A DNA stretch of 64,000 nt from Sminthopsis crassicaudata. Its lineage: Eukaryota. The notes beneath the pieces were generated by a model, which had not been told where the DNA came from, did not search any database, and saw only the letters and a program-made list of their open reading frames with translations. Shown one piece after another: positions 61,696 through 64,000 of the stretch (positions are counted from its first letter, which is position 1; each line of letters starts with the position of its first letter). The position numbers and the translations under genes are program-made. The DNA lies in the NCBI RefSeq assembly GCF_048593235.1, contig NC_133617.1, positions 267,862,937 through 267,926,936 on the forward strand, written 5' to 3'.

Positions 61696-62599
61696 ATTAT
61701 ATGTGTAGTGTACTGAGAAATAAAAGACAAAAAGGATATAGCCCTGGCCCTCAGGGAGCCTTCTATCTAGGGAATAATAGGATTTTAGAAGTTACTTAAA
61801 GCTGAAGAAATTGAGGCTTAGAGAAATTAAGGGACTTCTCCAGTTTCATACTGGTAATAAATAGAAGAGCCAGGAAACTGTGACTTCAAAATCTTTTGCC
61901 TATACCGTCCTGTTTCCCTCAATAGTATATTCAAATGATTATACTAAAAGGTAAAATAGTTAAATAGTGTAAGAGAGACACAAATGAATTTAGGAAGTAG
62001 CATTTGAGTTATTTGAGACTTGAGATTTCAAAATGCAGATTGAGCTCAGGTAATCTGAAAGGGCGGGGGAGACTTTCAATTAAGACAGTGGAATGGAGAA
62101 AGTATGGCAAGTCTTTGGGAGCTAGCAAATATTACAGCTTGTCTCTGTGTTTGGAAACATATTGGGAGATAGTTTGGAAAAGATTACTTAGAGCCCAAAA
62201 ATGAAATTCCTCAAATGGCAGGCACAAGAATTTGGGCCATAGCCATTTGGCAATGGAAATTTATTGAAAATTTTTGAGAAAACTGTTTTGTCAACTTTTT
62301 TCTTTTAAGTCTGTTTTTATTAAACTTTTATCCTTTAGGAAGTTTCATCGTGGATGGTAAGATACAGAGTAGATTAGGACAAGAATATGAATGTAGGTTA
62401 ACCAATAAGGAACAGAATTAGAGTAGATCCAGGTAGAGATCCGGATCAAACTACAGTAGTCTGAAAAAAGATAAAATGTGTTCTTGAACTCACATAGATT
62501 GTAGAGGAGGAGAATCAGTGAAAAAACTCAGGGGAAATTGTCAACACGTTTTGGCATTTCTGTGTATGGCACGTACTAGTCCTCTTCTTCCTTTTCCTT

Positions 62600-63790
62600 T
62601 ATCTTGAAACCTTTAGAGATGATCCCTTTACTTTTTTATTCCAATCTCTGATAATAATGCAGCCCTTCTTTACATATATTCTTTATCCCATACCCTTCTG
62701 TCTCTTTTGGCAGCTTGTTGTTGCAATCATCCTCTTTTTTTAGTATTCAATCTCTGTATCTACTGATTTCCTTCTTGCTACTTTTAAGTAAGCACAGCTT
62801 TCCCTTTTCCTTAAAAAACTTTTACTTGACCCTGCTATCATCCTGAAATTGACCTTTATATTTTTTATTTAAAGTGTTGAAAATATTAACATATATTGGA
62901 CCACCTGCCATCTAGGGCAGGGGGTGGGGGAAAGGAAGGGAAAAGTTGGAACAGGTTTTGCAAAGGTTAATGTTGAAAAATTACCCGTGCATATGTTTTA
63001 TAAATAAGAAGCTAAAATAATAATTTTTTTAAAAATAAAAAAATACTAGAAAAATATAAGGTTTAGAAAAGGCATCCATTGCAGCTATGTATAGTCTGAC
63101 TTTTATCCTCGTCATTCAACTGAAACTACTCTCTAGAGATACCAGTATCTCTTAATAGCTAAATCCAGTAATTTTTTTTCCTTGATCTTTCTGCACCATT
63201 TAACATAATTGACCATTTTTTTCTGGATACTTTCTGAGCTTTTGTGATACTTTTCTGATTCTGTTTTTCCTCCTACTTGTCTAGCCAATGTCCTTTCCTG
63301 GATCTTCAGTTAATTGACAAGCATTTATTTAGCACTCTGTATGTGCCAGACATTGTGCTAGGTATTGAGGATTCTAAGTCAAATGTGAAATAATCCCTGT
63401 CCTTGAGAAGTTTGCAGTCTAATGTTGAGAGAGAATGAAATATGAGATTGAGGGGGAGTCAAAGAGGAAGAAATAGAACTAGCTGTTGGGGTGAACAGGA
63501 AAAGTCTCATGTAGAAGGTACACTCTATTGTGGATATCCCTCAACGATCCAACCTCAAAACTCTTTCCATTTGGTGTGCTCTTCAGCTTTCATGGATGAT
63601 TACACAGATGATTATTACAGACATAATTCCCAGATTCATCTTTAGTTTTTCTTTCCTGAGTTTCAATCCCATATTGCTAGTGTTCTATGAGATACTTTGA
63701 ACTGAGTGTCTTATAGGCATTACAAACTTAATTTGTTCAAACTGAACCCATTTTATAATTCCACCAAATTGTTGATCCTCTCCCTAACTT
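62600..63790 (-). mobile_element. Decayed L2-like fragments with other insertions
   Basis: Pyrimidine-rich L2-like text (ccttaaaaaacttttacttgaccctgcta..., tcaactgaaactactctct..., cttaatttgttcaaactgaacc); recognised by eye. Confidence 0.4.
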
Positions 63791-64000
63791 CTGTTCTGTC
63801 AAGAACATCATGACCAAAAAGATGGACCACAAATCTGGAACCAGATTGTGAATTATTAAACTTATAAATGAGTTACACTGGAATGTTAATAGTCACTGTT
63901 GACTTCGCATTTGGTGTTAATAAATCAAAAATCCGTTGTATCTACAAAAAGTAGGAAAGTATTCATAAAAGGGTTCATGAATTTGCTCCAGAAAGTGCTA

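Noticed and set aside
4371-63645. Remaining 60-150 aa intronic ORFs in the track
   Set aside because: Low-complexity, microsatellite- or N-containing, or decayed-repeat frames with alternative starts and no homology or splice context.

Overview
Eukaryotic, AT-rich and CpG-poor genomic DNA from a marsupial. The repeat content (WSINE1/MAR1-type SINEs, marsupial L1) suggests a dasyurid such as the Tasmanian devil, but the species is an inference. The window holds 13 consecutive + strand coding exons of CHD7, equivalent to human exons 3-15. They run from the Lys-rich N-terminal region through both chromodomains into the SNF2 ATPase lobe 1; all splice sites are GT-AG and the joined frame is open. 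The main feature is a very young 3,411-bp class II (betaretrovirus-like) LTR element at 29663-33073, inserted in the sense orientation in the intron that splits chromodomain 1. It has two apparently identical 409-bp LTRs, a perfect 6-bp TSD (ATTGAT) and an intact 607-aa gag. pro, RT and env are absent; only a decayed integrase C-terminal stub remains. It carries two perfect, different primer-binding sites in tandem (tRNA-Lys1,2, then tRNA-Lys3 70 nt downstream), each preceded by a CA that could serve as an LTR end. It also keeps a gag-pro-type -1 frameshift signal that now leads only to a short alternative Gag tail. The window further contains a young 5'-truncated L1 with a 15-bp TSD and a possible short 3' transduction, older L1/L2/CR1/RTE/SINE relics, microsatellites and two assembly gaps. 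All comparisons to known families are from recall, not from database searches.
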